Shown: positions 39,007-51,307 of the stretch, in pieces
How positions within the stretch are numbered: the first letter of the stretch is position 1
How the letters are laid out: each line of letters starts with the position of its first letter
NCBI GenBank assembly: GCA_030390025.1
Contig: CM059432.1
Coordinates: 92,754,001 to 92,818,000, forward strand
DNA: 64,000 nt
Direction: 5' to 3'
From: Squalus acanthias
Taxonomy: Eukaryota
Program-made: the position numbers and the translations under genes
The notes under the pieces: model-generated
Databases searched by the model: none
What the model was told of the DNA's origin: nothing
Seen by the model: the letters and a program-made list of their open reading frames with translations, nothing else

Positions 39007-40150
39007 CTAGAAGCGGCTTGCTATTAGTCGTTGACGGACGGCCCTTGCAGTTTGACCATTGTGGGCCGCGCTCCTGCCTTGGTGCTGCTGATGATCATCG
39101 TCCTCGTCCTCTTCCTCCTCTTCCTCCTCCTCCTCTGGTGGTGCTACAAGGCCTGGTGGCATTGGCTGGGTCCTGAGGTTTGCCATGTTGTGCAACATGC
39201 AGCACACGACTACGAAGTTCGAAACTTGCTCAGGCGAGTACTGCAGGGCTCCTCCGGAATGGTCCAGACAGCGGAACCGTTGTTTCAGCACGCCGATTGT
39301 GCGCTCAATAATGTTCCTGGTTGCTTGATGGCTTTCATTGTACCGCAGCTCAGCAGGGGTGTTTGGCGTACGGAGCGGTGTCATCAGCCAGGTGCTCAAT
39401 GCGTACCCCTTGTCCCCGAGAAGCCAACCAACTGGCTGATGCGGTGCCTCGAAAACTTCTGCCACAGTAGTCTGGCGCAGGATGAAAGCATCGTGGCAGC
39501 TGCCCGGATAGTGGGCATTGACAGCGACTATCATCTGTCTGTGGTCACAGACCAACTGCACATTCAAGGAATGGAACCCCTTTCTGTTCCTGAATTCCTT
39601 TGCATTCTCTCGCGGAGCACGCAAAGCCACATGTGTGCAGTCAATGGCGCCCTGCACCATGGGGAAGCCCGCTACCCTCGCAAAGCCCAGAGCGCGGTCA
39701 CGCTGCTTGTCTGGGGTCATAGGGAAAGAGATGAAGTCTCGTCTCCTTCTGAAGAGGGCATTGGTGACCTGCCGGAAACTGGGAGATATTGGCGAGGTCC
39801 CCAACAGCAGCTTGGAATGAGCCAGTGGCGTAGAAGTTCAAAGCCACTGTGACCTTCACTGCCACCGACAGAGACGTCCTGGACCTCAGCTGAGGCTGCA
39901 GATCTGGCTGCAGCAGGTGGCAGAGCTCAGTGACCACCTCCTTGCTGAATCGCAGCCTTCGCAAACACAGCTCCTCGGACATATGGATGTAGGAGAGCTG
40001 TTCACGATATACCCTGGGAGGGTAAGCTCTCCTGTACATGCGCCTGATGGCCCTCCTCCGTCTGGCCATCATTGCCACTCTCTGTCTGCGTCTTCGTATC
40101 CTCCGATTCAGCTGGAGCAGGACGACGCCCCCAATCATTGCAGCCCCCAT
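39007..40150 (-). pseudogene. Harbinger DDE transposase (HARBI1-like family) with one frameshift at about 39775
   Basis: ORFs 39698-40150 and 39007-39804 overlap; motifs GAIDCTHV, YPGSCHDAFIL, LLGDKGY, RNIIERTIGVLKQRFRCL, CCMLHN and an acidic tail. Confidence 0.92.
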
Positions 40151-42131
40151 ATTCTATTTGCCAGAAAAGTAATGAGGTACAGCAACTAAAGTAGCAACAA
40201 AGTTAGGATGAATAGGCAAAACTACCTCACAAAGCGTTGAGTCAATGTAGAAGTCTCTCTCTCTCTCTCTCCGAATCTCTCTCTCTCTCTCAGAACGAGT
40301 GGTGCATAAATGTCGACCACAGAAAAAGAGGCCCCCTTTAAATAGCGCCCCCCCCAGCCCCACACCGATTGATAGCGTTCCAGTCTTCCGGTCGTTGGAA
40401 GCGCCAGGCGGTAAGGCAGGGGGCGCCACTCAATTTCCGCTCCGGGGCGCCCCAAGGGCGTTGCACCATGGAATGACGTCACAATCTGCGCGCGCAGGTG
40501 GTCGCAGCGGTAAGTTTTAGCGCCGCCGCACAATCTCAAGTTAAGTTCTCGAGCGGCGCAAACATCGCTGCGCCCGGGCGTTAGCGGCTTAACGCCCCAT
40601 TAGCGCCCTCTTAAGGCGCTAACGGGAGGCACAACCAAGTGAATTTTTACCCCCTAGTTTCTTATTTTCTAAGATGTTTCTGATTTCCTACCAAAGTGCA
40701 TCACCTCACATTTATCTATATTAAAGTTCATTTGCCTCTTAACTGCCCAGTCTGCAAGTTTTCTAATGTCATATTGTATTATGTTGCATTCTTCCTCAGT
40801 GTTAGCTATACCGCTGCCACCCACCCCGCCCCCCTCTCCCCCCCCCTCCCCTCCACCCCCGACACCCCCCGCCAGTTTGGTATCATCTGCAAATTTTGAT
40901 ATTGAATTACTTGTTCCGAAGTCCAAATTATTAATGTAAATTATGAATGACAGTGTCCCAGCACTGATCCTTGTGGAACACCATTTTCTACCTTACTCCA
41001 ATCTGAATATCTACCCTTTACCCCTACTCTCTGCTTTCTATTTTTTTTAGCAAATTTGCTATCCATTCAGCTATTTGTCCGCTGACTCCACATGCCCTAA
41101 CCTTTGTCATGAGCCTACCATGTGGTACTTTTGGTTTTACATCTCATCTGAAAGACAGCACCCTCCAACAGTGCAGCACTCCCTCAGTACTACACTGGAG
41201 TGTCAGCCTTTTGAAAATCTAAGTATATGACATCTACCGAATTCTATCAGGTTAGTTACGCATGACTTAGCCTTTTGGAATCCATGCTGACTATTTTTTA
41301 ATTATATTTTCTGTCTCTAGATGCTCTTCTATCACTTCTTTTAGTATAGATTCCAGTATCTTTACTTCACGTCTATAGTTCCCAGACTTTGTTCTATCTC
41401 CTTTTTTATATCTAGAAACAACATTAGCTGTCCGCCAGTCCTCTGGCACAACCCCCTCTTCTATAGAACTTTTGTATATATAAACTAGTGCCTCTGCTAT
41501 CTCCTCCCTAGTTTCCTTGAGTATGCGTGGGTGCAGACCACCCAGACCTGGGGTTTAATCCTCTTTTAGTTTTGCTAGTTTGTCAATTATTTTCTTCCTT
41601 TCTATCTCAACTGTATTAATATTCTTTTAAAGATTATCCTCCAGTGAAGTGTCTATTTTGTTATCTTCTTTAGTAAAAACTGAGGTGAATTAGCTATTCA
41701 GTACTTCTGCCATTTCTCTGCCATTACCTATGAGTTATCTTGCTCCTCCTTTAGTGGCCCTGTCCCTACATGTTCAAGGAGTATGATGGAATATTCATCA
41801 CTGGCCTTTATATCAATGATTTTCTAACTCGGCTCTCTAGGAATGTGTCAATATTTACAGGGAATCTCATCACAGAAAAGAAAGAACTTTCATTTGTAAA
41901 ATTTTATTTATCCATACAGAATTTGATTTTGTGTGATCTACTTGAGGCTAACCATAAACTTTGGTTCACCATTTGCTACAAACTTGCTTCAAATGGGTCA
42001 TCAGGATGTTGAACTCGCTAATCAACAAAGCTTGAAATTAATAATGTAGCAGAGAATGTTTTAGAATTATTTCAGTGAATTATTTTGGGTCATTATACTG
42101 TTTTCACTTTTGTCTCAATGTGGAGAGATAC

Positions 42132-42269
42132 CTTGTTCTTTTTCATGAGATACAATTCAATCCTGCCAAAAAATTGTAAACTTGGATCTGAATTTCTTGG
42201 AATTCTTGATAAAGAATAAGCAATTGACAGTTCTGTGCACCACAACCCATTTTTATTCAACAATATGAC
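42132..42269 (-). CDS. Candidate internal coding exon (46 aa: VILLNKNGLWCTELSIAYSLSRIPRNSDPSLQFFGRIELYLMKKNK)
   Basis: Strong acceptor (long T run then gttcAG), donor AAG|GTatct, 138 nt, single open frame, AT-rich non-repetitive context. Product not recognised. Confidence 0.55.
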
Positions 42270-43316
42270 CTGAACAAAAAAAAATGAATAGAAAATACTT
42301 CCCAAAAGCTCAAAGGTAGTAAGATCTAAAATGTGTGACTGTTTTAAAGTGAAATTTGCCATAGATTGGCTACATTTAATATGCTGAACATTATATATTG
42401 GATAATGAGGAACATGGTTTGGCACATTGCTATTCTATGCTTGTATCAGCCATGCATTTATCTGGAAATGGCTGCACACTGCTGCAGTTTCCAGATCATG
42501 AACTAAACTGCTAAAATGTTTCCTGATTCTGAATGGCAATGATTTTGTGTCAGATTTCAATATTTAAGTAACAGCATCAAATTCAACCATACTACAGTTC
42601 ATTTGGCTTTGAGGTTTAGTTCAGCCACAAAATAGGATTTTATAAACTTATTTCCAAAGGTACTCCTGCCAATCTGTCCAAACCCATTAATTTCTAATTA
42701 CTCATTGAGACATCAATAATACACATCAAGACATCTAAACCTCCACTTCTGACTTTAACTAGTCATTTCCTCAGTCTACAAGCAGAGAAAATATTACATA
42801 GAAACATAGAAGATAGGAGCAGGAGTAGGCCATTTGGCCCCTCGAGCCTGCTCCGCCAGTCAATGCGATCATGGCTGATCTTTGTCAACAGTTAATGGCT
42901 GATGATGAATTTCCAGTGTCGAAGTTCCTCTGATAGTTACTTACAGTATCATCCAATAGATATTCTAATGTTCCTTGAATGATGCTACAGAATATGATGC
43001 TGGTTCAAGGGTGATTCCTGGTTCAGACTTCCCCAATGATGCTGCTAACCCAACACACTTCCTCTTCTAAACTCCTACATGATGCTCTGGAGTTATTTTC
43101 ACCTTCACCTGGGTGGTAATCAGGTGGGATGAAAATCGTGCAGATTCTACAACAGGTGGGTGATCAGCTCCATCAGCTCCAGGTGGTGAAGGTGAAAATT
43201 ACTCCCAATGGATGGGCTCATTCCATGCTTATCCTTAACCAGGGAATATCATATAATTCTCTGTCACTAACACATGCTGAATATAACTTCTGTGAATAGG
43301 AACTAGGCAAATACTA

Positions 43317-46300
43317 GGGCCTAGAAATTCGGTAGTCCCCGAAAACGTGCGCAGGGATCACAATGTGCAATCAACCTGTGCCCTTTCAGAGGAATGCAGG
43401 CAGCACACGAACTTTCATGATTGTGGCTTACAGTCCAGCGCTGAATGCGCTGCTGAATGGCTGAATGCTCAGCAGGGGGCCCAAGTTCGTGCGAGGCTAG
43501 CACTACTTAAAGCTAGCCTGCACTACTTAAAGGCAGTCTGCACCTCTTAAAAGGGAGGTGCATTCTGCCTGAAGCAGCTCATTGAACTGGCTGGTGCGCA
43601 AGAACAACAACTAATGATGGCACAACTGGGGAGAGAACATGCACAAAGGTTCTTGGATGCAGCACTGGAGGCCTTGGTGCAGGAGCTGGATAGGAGGAGA
43701 AAGGTCCTGTTTCCACAGGGGATCAGGAGGCCCTCCAGGCAAAATTGCAAACGGCAGTGGGAGCAGATAGTCATAGCTGTCAATGCCAGCAGTGTAGCCC
43801 CCAGGACCTGGCTGCAGTGCAGGAAGATGTTTAATGACCTCACACAAGTGGTCAAGGTCAGTGACTTCGTCTTCAAATGCCATATCCCATCATCTGCACC
43901 ACAAGCTTCACACACTGCTCATCACTCACCTACCAACAATCTCTACCAAACACGACTCATAAGAACATAAGAAATAGGAGCAGGAGTAGGCCATTTGGCC
44001 CTTCGAGCCTGCTCTGCCATTTAATAAGATCATGGCTGATCTTCTACCTCATCTCCACTTTCCTGAACTATCCCCATATCCCTTGATTTCCTTAATATTC
44101 AAAAATCTATTGATCTCTGTCTTGAATATACTCAATGACTGAACCTCCACAGCCCTCTGGGGTAGAGAATTCCAAAGATTCACCACCCTCTGAGTGAAGA
44201 AATTTCTCCTCATCTCAGTCCTAAATGGCCGACCCCTTATTCTGTGACTGTGACCCCTGGTTCTAGACTCCCCAGCCAGGGGAACCAGCCTCCCTGCATC
44301 TACCCAGTCAAGCCCTGTAAGAATTTTGTATGTTTCAATGAGATCACCTCTCATTCTTCTAAACTCTAGAGAATATAGGCCTAGTCTACTCAATCTGTCC
44401 TCATAGGACAATCCCCCCATCCCAGGAACCGGTCTGGTGAACCTTCATTGCAGCCCCTCTATGGCAAGTATATCCTTCCTTAGGTAAGGAGACCAAAACT
44501 GTACACAATACTCCAGGTGTGGTCTCAATTTCCTAATTGCTTGCTCTCCCTGCATGTTAACTTTCAGTGATTCGTGTACAAGGACACCCAGGTCCCTCTG
44601 AACACCAACATTTCCCAATCTCTCACCATTTAAAAATACTCTGTGTTTCTATTTTTCCTACCAAAGTGGATAACTTCACATTTCTCCACATTATATTCCA
44701 TTTGCCATGTTCTTGCCCACTCACTTAGCCTGTCTATATCCCCTTAAAGCCTCCTTGAATCCTCCTCACAACCTACTTTCCCACCCAGCTTTGTATCATC
44801 AGCAAACTTTGATATATTACATTTGGTTCCCTCATCCAAATCACTGATGTAGATTGTGAATAGCTGAGGCCTGAGCACTGATCCTTGCGGTACCCCACTA
44901 GTTACAGCCTGCCAACTCAAAAATGACCCGTTTATTCCTACTCTCTGTTTTCTGTCCATTAACCAATCCTCAATCCATGCTAGTATATTACCCCCAATCC
45001 CATGAGCCCCAATTTTGTTTAATAACCTCTTGTGTGGCACCTTATTGAATGCCATCTGAAAATCCAAATACACCACATCCACTGATTCCCCCTTATCTAT
45101 TCTGTTAGTTGCAACCTCAAAAAACTCCAACAGATTTGTCAAACACGATTTCCCTTTCATAAATCCCTGTTGACTCTGCCCAATCCTATTATTATTTTCT
45201 AAGTGCCCTGTTACCACGTCCTTAATAATAGATTCTAGCATTTTCCCTACTACTGATGTCAGGCTAACTGGTCTGTAGTTCCCCATTTTCTCTCTCCCTC
45301 CTTTCTTAAATAGTGGGGTTACATTTTCTACCTTCCAATCCGCGGGAACCGTTCTCGGATCTTTGGAATTTTGGAAAATGACAACCAATGCATCCACTTT
45401 CTCTATAGCCAACTCTTTCAAAACCCTAGGATGTAGGCCATCAGGTCCAGGGGATTTATCGACTTTCAGTCCCATTAATTTCTCCAGTACTACTTTTTTC
45501 TAATATTCATACCTCATATCCACAGCTTCACCTCACCCTCACACTTACCAATGCTGCAAGCCTCACACCCATATCTCACAGCTTGCACACACTGTCAGCT
45601 ATTCAACCATGACAGGCACATCATCCAAAAACTTTGCACCAGACTCACTGACAAGCTTTCCTTTTTCTTGCAGAACAAGGTGGCTCACAATCGGAGCCAG
45701 CAGGAGCTTCCCGAAGAGGCACAGGCGCGCCTGCATACTCTTACCCACTACGAGGAGATGGTGCTGGCCATTCTTGGGACGGCAATCGCTAAACCCGTGG
45801 CCAGTGGCGGGGCTGAATATATCCAAAATGATGGTATCCTCATTCCTAATCCTGCTTCTCACATCCCACTTCCCCTCATCCCACAATCTCTTCTGATTTA
45901 CAAGCTGCACATGGTGTAACCATACACCTCTTTGCTTTTCCCCCTCCCCTCACTACAACCCTACCCTTGTGCCTTTCTCATTTCAGAGACCAAAAATATC
46001 CAATCTACCCAGCCAGTGGTGCAAGAAGAAGAGGGAGAGAAGAATGATTATGAAGAAGAAACACTGTCACTTGATCTGACGCTCGCAGCCATCAGCTCAG
46101 ATATTGGCACTGTGTGGACTTTAGATTGTAGCTTCGAAGTGGGACCTGCACGTGATGACTCACCAGGCAGGAGTAGGCTGCAACCAGGGCAGGGGGACAG
46201 GGTAGCGCAGGTGCCAGGTCCCCAGAGGGCGAGGTCGCACACGAGTTCTGCTGCACAGGACTCAGATGAGGACTTCGATGGGGCGGCCTACAGAAGAATG

Positions 46301-47635
46301 CTGATGGGTAAGCACACCAAAATGCTTGGTGCATTGGCAGGCCTGCCAGAAAGGTGAGTGCAATGTCAAGGAGCATGGTGTAGTCTGGCACCAACCTTGC
46401 ACAGGGTTTGTGCAGAGCTTGGAGCCCATGATTTCTAGCATGGAAGTGATGGCCAACTCCTTTAGCACACTTGTGGACTGAACCATGATGCAGCGTCTGA
46501 TGGCTAATGTCTTAGCTTCCATTGTAGCACAAGCAGAAGCCACCCAACGTCTGAGGGCTGCAGTTGAAGCTCAAACTTCTGTCATGCAAGCTCAGACTGC
46601 AGCCATTGTGGCTGCATTTACCAGTGTGGAAAAGGGCTTGCAAGGTGTCACAGCATTCCAGCAATCTGTTCTCCAACAGATGGTTAGGAATGCTGAGGTG
46701 CTGCCCCGGGGCATGTCAGTGGCTCCGTGGAGCATGAATCTGCTGTCCTTTCTCAGTATGACAGCATTCATCCTCCCACCACTACCACTCTGCCAGTGTC
46801 CTTGATGTTGCCTGTCAGCCAGCCAGCCCAGACTGCTGCCAACCATGCCGAGGTGGTGCAGTCCACAGCCGGGCATTCTAGGCCCAGAGCTGCTCGAGAT
46901 TGTCCTGCAAGGCCATCTGCAGTCTCCCCCACTGAAAGTCAGCAGTCTTCCACTAGCCATGCTGCAGCCATTGGGGTAGCACTTCATAGGAGCACTAGGA
47001 CAGGTAAAGGCACACTGAAGACAGGCATTAAGGGAATGCACAAGGATGATTCGTTGACTTTGTTATGTAATATTAGATGGATTGATGTATAAAGTTGGAT
47101 TGGAATGTTTCTTTTGTGGTGGCTTTTATTTCAGCATTGTGGCCAAGAGGACACTGTGATGGTCAGTAACAGAGGGCAGGTAAGGTGTGGGACTATAGCT
47201 GAATGAGGAATTGGGGTTGCGTTCTCTGGTACCACATTTGGATGAGTCAATCATGGACAGCCCTGGCAGAAAGGGGCAGACTGGGTTGCCTCCTCCCTTC
47301 CGCTTCCTCCTCTTCTGCTTCCTCCTCTTCCGCTTCCTCCTCCTCTTCCTCCTCCTCCTCCTCCTCAGCTGGTTGCCGTATGCCTGGCGGCAAAGGCTGA
47401 GTCCTCATGGTGGCGAGGTTGTGGAGCATGCAGCAGACCATAACGAATCTTGAGACGTGCTCTGGTGAGTACTGCAGGATTCCTCCAGAGCAGTCAAGGC
47501 AGCAGAAGCGTTATTTAAGGACACCAAAGGTCTGCTCTATTAGATTCCATGTGACAGCATGGCTCTCATTGTATGCATGCTGTCTACATGTGGGTAGATT
47601 GCAGAGTGGAGTCATGAGCCAGGTGGTCAGCAGAT
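43317..47635. mobile_element. Older Harbinger element (Myb-like exons on plus, transposase C-terminus on minus), interrupted by CR1 and truncated by RTE
   Basis: TIR-like gggcctagaaatt at 43317; exon 43614-43856 (WLQCRKMFNDLTQVVK|gtcagt), exon 45674-45833 (NKVAHNR), exon from 45987; VCCMLHNLA with poly-Glu at 47247-47441 on minus. Confidence 0.85.
43958..45505 (-). mobile_element. 5'-truncated CR1 LINE in intron 1 of the older Harbinger Myb-like gene
   Basis: ORFs 44744-45475 and 44049-44420 closely match the 29665-31310 CR1 protein. Confidence 0.9.
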
Positions 47636-50155
47636 AGCTGACGACTGCTGGACAGACCACCGCCTAATCCACTCTGTCATCTCCATCAACGTAGCCCCAA
47701 AACAGCGGTGGCAACAGAAGCAATGTCGCAGGAAAATCAATGCTGGAGCACTCAAAGACCCTGCTAAGAAAGCCCTATTCAGCCTGGGCCTCACAAACAA
47801 CCTGATGACTCCCAGTGATGCAGAGACACAGAGTGTCCACAGCACCTGGTCTGCACTCAAGGCCTCCATAATCAGCACCTGTGAAGAGACCTCGGTCACT
47901 CGACCAGGAAACACCAAGACAGGTTCGACGAGAATGACCAGGAGATCCAGGAGCTAATAAGCCGCAAGCGCAAGGCATTCCTGATCTGGAAACAGCAACA
48001 GAACTCGAGAGGAAGAAAGCAGCTCTACAGACGCCTGAAGGCCGAAGTCCAACAAAAAACTCGCGACTTAAAGAATAGATGGTGGGTGGAGAAAGCGCAG
48101 GAGACCCAGCAGCTAGCCGACAACCACGATGTGCGTGGATTCTTTAGCGCAGTCAAGACCACCGATGGTCCAAGCACCCAAGGTCCTACCCCACTGCGGG
48201 CCAAGAATGGAGAGGTACTCATCAAGGACAGAGAGGCAGTCAGTGCCCGCTGGAAGGAGCACTTCAAAGATCTCCTTAACCGAGACTCTGTCTTCGACGC
48301 GAGTGTCCTCAACTCCATCCCGCAGCATGCTACCCACCACCACCTCAGCACAACCCCAGCCCGGCATGAGGTTGAAAAGGCCATCCGACAACTGAAGAAC
48401 AACAAGGCCTCAGGTTAAGATGGAATCCCCGCCGAGGCGCTAAAACATGGCGGAGTAGCACGATTGGCGCGAATACATGAACTAATTTTTCTTATTTGGA
48501 AGGAGGAGAGCATGCCAGGGGATCTCAGAGACGCCGTAATCGTGACCATCTTCAAGAAAGGTAACAAGTCCGATTGCAGTAATTACAGAGGAGTCTCCCT
48601 GCTATCTGCCACAGGGAAAGTCATCGCAAGAGTCCTCCTCAATCGCCTTCTCCCAGTGGCTGAAGAGCTCCTCCCAGAGTCGCAATGCGGATTCCGCCCA
48701 CTAAGGGGCACAATGGACATGATCTTCACCGCGCGTCAACTACAAGAGAAATGCAGGGAACAGCACCGACCGCTGTACATGGCCTTCTTTGACCTCACAA
48801 AGGCCTTTGACATCGTCAACTGTGAGGGATTATGGAGTGTCCTCCTCAAATTCGGCTGCCCTCAAAAGTTTGTCACCATCCTCCGCCTGCTTCACGACGA
48901 CATGCAAGTCGTGATCCTGACCAACGGATCCACCACAGACCCAATTCACGTATGGACCGGGGTCAAACAAGGCTGTGTCATTGCACCAACGCTCTTCTCG
49001 ATCTTCCTGGCTGAAATACTCCATCTCACCCTCAGTAAGCTCCCCACTGGAGTGGAGCTAATCTACAGAACAAACGGGAAACTGTTCAACCTCCGTCGCC
49101 TCCAGTCCAAATCCAAGGTCGTCCCATCCTCTGTCATCGAATTACAGTATGCAGACGACACTTGCGTCTGCGCACACTCTGAGGTCGAACTCCAAACCAT
49201 CGTCAACACCTTCACGGAAGCGTACGAGAGCATGGGCCTTACACTAAACATCCGTAAGCCAAGGGTCCTCTACCAACCTGCCCCCGCCACACAGTACTGC
49301 TCCACGATTATCAAAATCCATGACGAGGCCTTGGACAACGTGGACCACTTTCCATACCTCGGCAGCCTACTGTCAACAAGGGGTGACATCGATGATGAAG
49401 TCCAACACCGCCTTCAGTGTGCCAGTGCAGCCTTCGGTCGCCTGAGGAAGAGAGTGTTGGAAGACCAGGACCTCAAACCCAGCACCAAGCTCATGGTCTA
49501 CAGATCAGTAGTGATACCCGCCCTCCTGTATGCTTCAGAGACATGGACCATGTACAGCAGGCACCTCAAAGCACTGGAGAGGTACCACCAACGCTGCCTC
49601 CGCAAGATCCTGCAAATCCATTGGCAGGATAGGCGCACCAACGTCAGGGTTCTCGCTCAGGCCAACATCCCCAGCATCGAAGCTTTGACCACGCTCGATC
49701 AGCTTCGATGGACGGGTCACATCGTCCGCATGCCCAATACTAGACTCCCAAAACAAGTGCTCTACTCGGAGCTCCGACATGGCAAGAGAGCCCCAGGTGG
49801 GCAGAGGAAACATTTCAAGGACACCCTCAAAGCCTCCTTGAAAAAGTGCAACATCCCCACCGACACCTGGGAATCCCTGGCCCAAGACCGCACAAAGTGG
49901 AGGAGAAGCATCCAGGAAGGCGGCGAACACCTCGAGTCTCTTCGCCGAGAGCAAGCGGAAGCCAAGCGCAAACAGCGGAAGGAGTGCACGTCAACCCAAG
50001 CACCCCACCCACCCGCCCCTTCAACCACCGTCTGCCCTACCTGTGACAGAGACTGTAGGTCCCGCATTGAACTCATCAGTCACCTGAGAACTCATTTTTA
50101 GTGTGGACGCGAGTCATCCCCGGTTCCGAGGGACTGCCTAAGAAGAAGAAGAAGG
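47636..50155 (+). mobile_element. 5'-truncated RTE-clade LINE
   Basis: ORF 48464-50101 (545 aa): RT (QCGFR, FFDLTKAFD, GVKQGC, LQYADD) and C-terminal CPTC...HLRTH; upstream in-frame stop at 48416-48418; (GAA)n tail. Confidence 0.93.
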
Positions 50156-50255
50156 TACAAAAAGAAAATACTGCAGATGCTGGAAATCTGAAATAAAAAC
50201 AGAAAATGCTGGAGATACTCAGCAGGTCAGGCAGCATCTGTGAAGAGAGAAACAG

Positions 50256-50292
50256 AGTTAACGTTTCAGGTCGATGACCGTTCGTCAGAACT
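50256..50292 (-). ncRNA. Minimal hammerhead ribozyme motif (second PLE family)
   Basis: agtt-CTGACGA-ac-GGTC-atc-GACC-t-GAAA-CG-T-T-aact: core, stem II, palindromic ACGT stem III and 4-bp stem I (agtt/aact). Confidence 0.75.
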
Positions 50293-50416
50293 GGAAAAAA
50301 GCAGGAAATGGAACAGATTTTTAAGCAAGTGTGGGAGCTGGGAAAGGGGGGAGGGGATGAAAGAACAAAAGGAAGGTCTGTGATAGGATAGGAGGCAGGA
50401 GAGGTTAAGAGACATT

Positions 50417-51307
50417 GGGGTAAAAATTCAGTTGGTTGCGCCTCCCGTTAGCGCCTTAAGAGGGCGCTAATGGGGCGCAAAGCCGCTAACACTCGGGCGC
50501 AGCGATGTTTGCGCCGCTCGGGAACTTAACTAGAGATTGTGCGGCGGCGCTAAACTTTACCGCTGCGACCACCTGCGCGCGCAGATTGTGACGTCATTCC
50601 ATGGTGCAACGCCCTTGTGGCGCCCCGGAGCGGAAATTGAGTGGCGCCCCCTGCCTTACCGCCTGGCGCATCCAACGACCAGAAGACTGGAACGCTATCA
50701 ATCGCTGTGGGGCTGGGGGGGGCGCTATTTAAAGGGGGCCTCTTCCTGTCTTTTATTGTTGGTGGCATTTTTGAACTACGCATTCTGAGAGAGAGGGAGA
50801 GACTTCTGGAGAGATTCAACGTTGTGTGAAGGAGTTTTGGGTACTGAGCAGCACTTTGCAGGTTCATTTTGATTTGCCATTCCTTGTATCGATTTAGCAG
50901 AGACTGTGGGAGCTGCACTCTGAGCTCTTTGCCTGGTACTCTCCATTGTTCTTTCCAGCACATTTGATGTGCAAGTCTCTCCAGGCCGAGATTCAAGGCT
51001 GCAATGAACAGGATGTGGATGGAAAGCAAGATTAACCATCCCCTTTAAGAACTGGCCCGTGCCATTGTGTGTGTGTTCCATTGCTGACTGACATTACATG
51101 AGCTTCGCCAGCGCTCTGAGGTAGCGCCTCACTCCTTGGCCTTTGCGCCTTAAGACAGGTGTGCAGCGCCTGATTTAGCGCTCCACTCACCTCCCGGGGC
51201 GGTAAAAGTGAAGTTTCCAGTCAGTGCCGATAATTAGCGCCAGGCGCTAATATTTGCGTCCAGACGATATTTGCGCCCCAAATGGGGCGCGACCTAATTT
51301 TTCCCCC
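50417..51307. mobile_element. Non-autonomous Harbinger element (891 bp) of the 36423-40653 family, opposite orientation
   Basis: TIRs ggggtaaaaatt / aatttttccccc; TSD ATT at 50414-50416 and 51308-51310; ends nearly identical to both ends of the long element. Confidence 0.93.

Larger units (their letters stand above)
36423..40653. mobile_element. Structurally complete PIF/Harbinger DNA transposon (4231 bp)
   Basis: TIRs ggggtagaaatt / aatttttacccc (11 of 12); 3-bp TSD CTA at 36420-36422 and 40654-40656; convergent Myb-like and DDE transposase genes. Confidence 0.95.
35995..41770 (-). mobile_element. Degenerate CR1 LINE hosting the Harbinger insertion
   Basis: ORF 36118-36411 (LYRTLVSLHLEY) and 40669-40926 (SKFADDTKL) are consecutive CR1 ORF2 segments on either side of the transposon. 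Confidence 0.8.

Noticed and set aside
39031..39852. 273-aa plus-strand ORF and similar antisense ORFs over LINE and PLE sequences
   Set aside because: Shadow ORFs opposite genuine transposon coding sequence; no recognisable domains.
36782..40150. Domesticated host genes HARBI1 / NAIF1 / MSANTD
   Set aside because: The genes lie between TIRs with a TSD, inside a CR1, and have multiple related copies nearby, so they are transposon genes and no host symbol was assigned.
47300..47367. TCC/TTC microsatellite as an independent feature
   Set aside because: It encodes the poly-Glu tail of the relic transposase on the minus strand, as at about 39100-39135.
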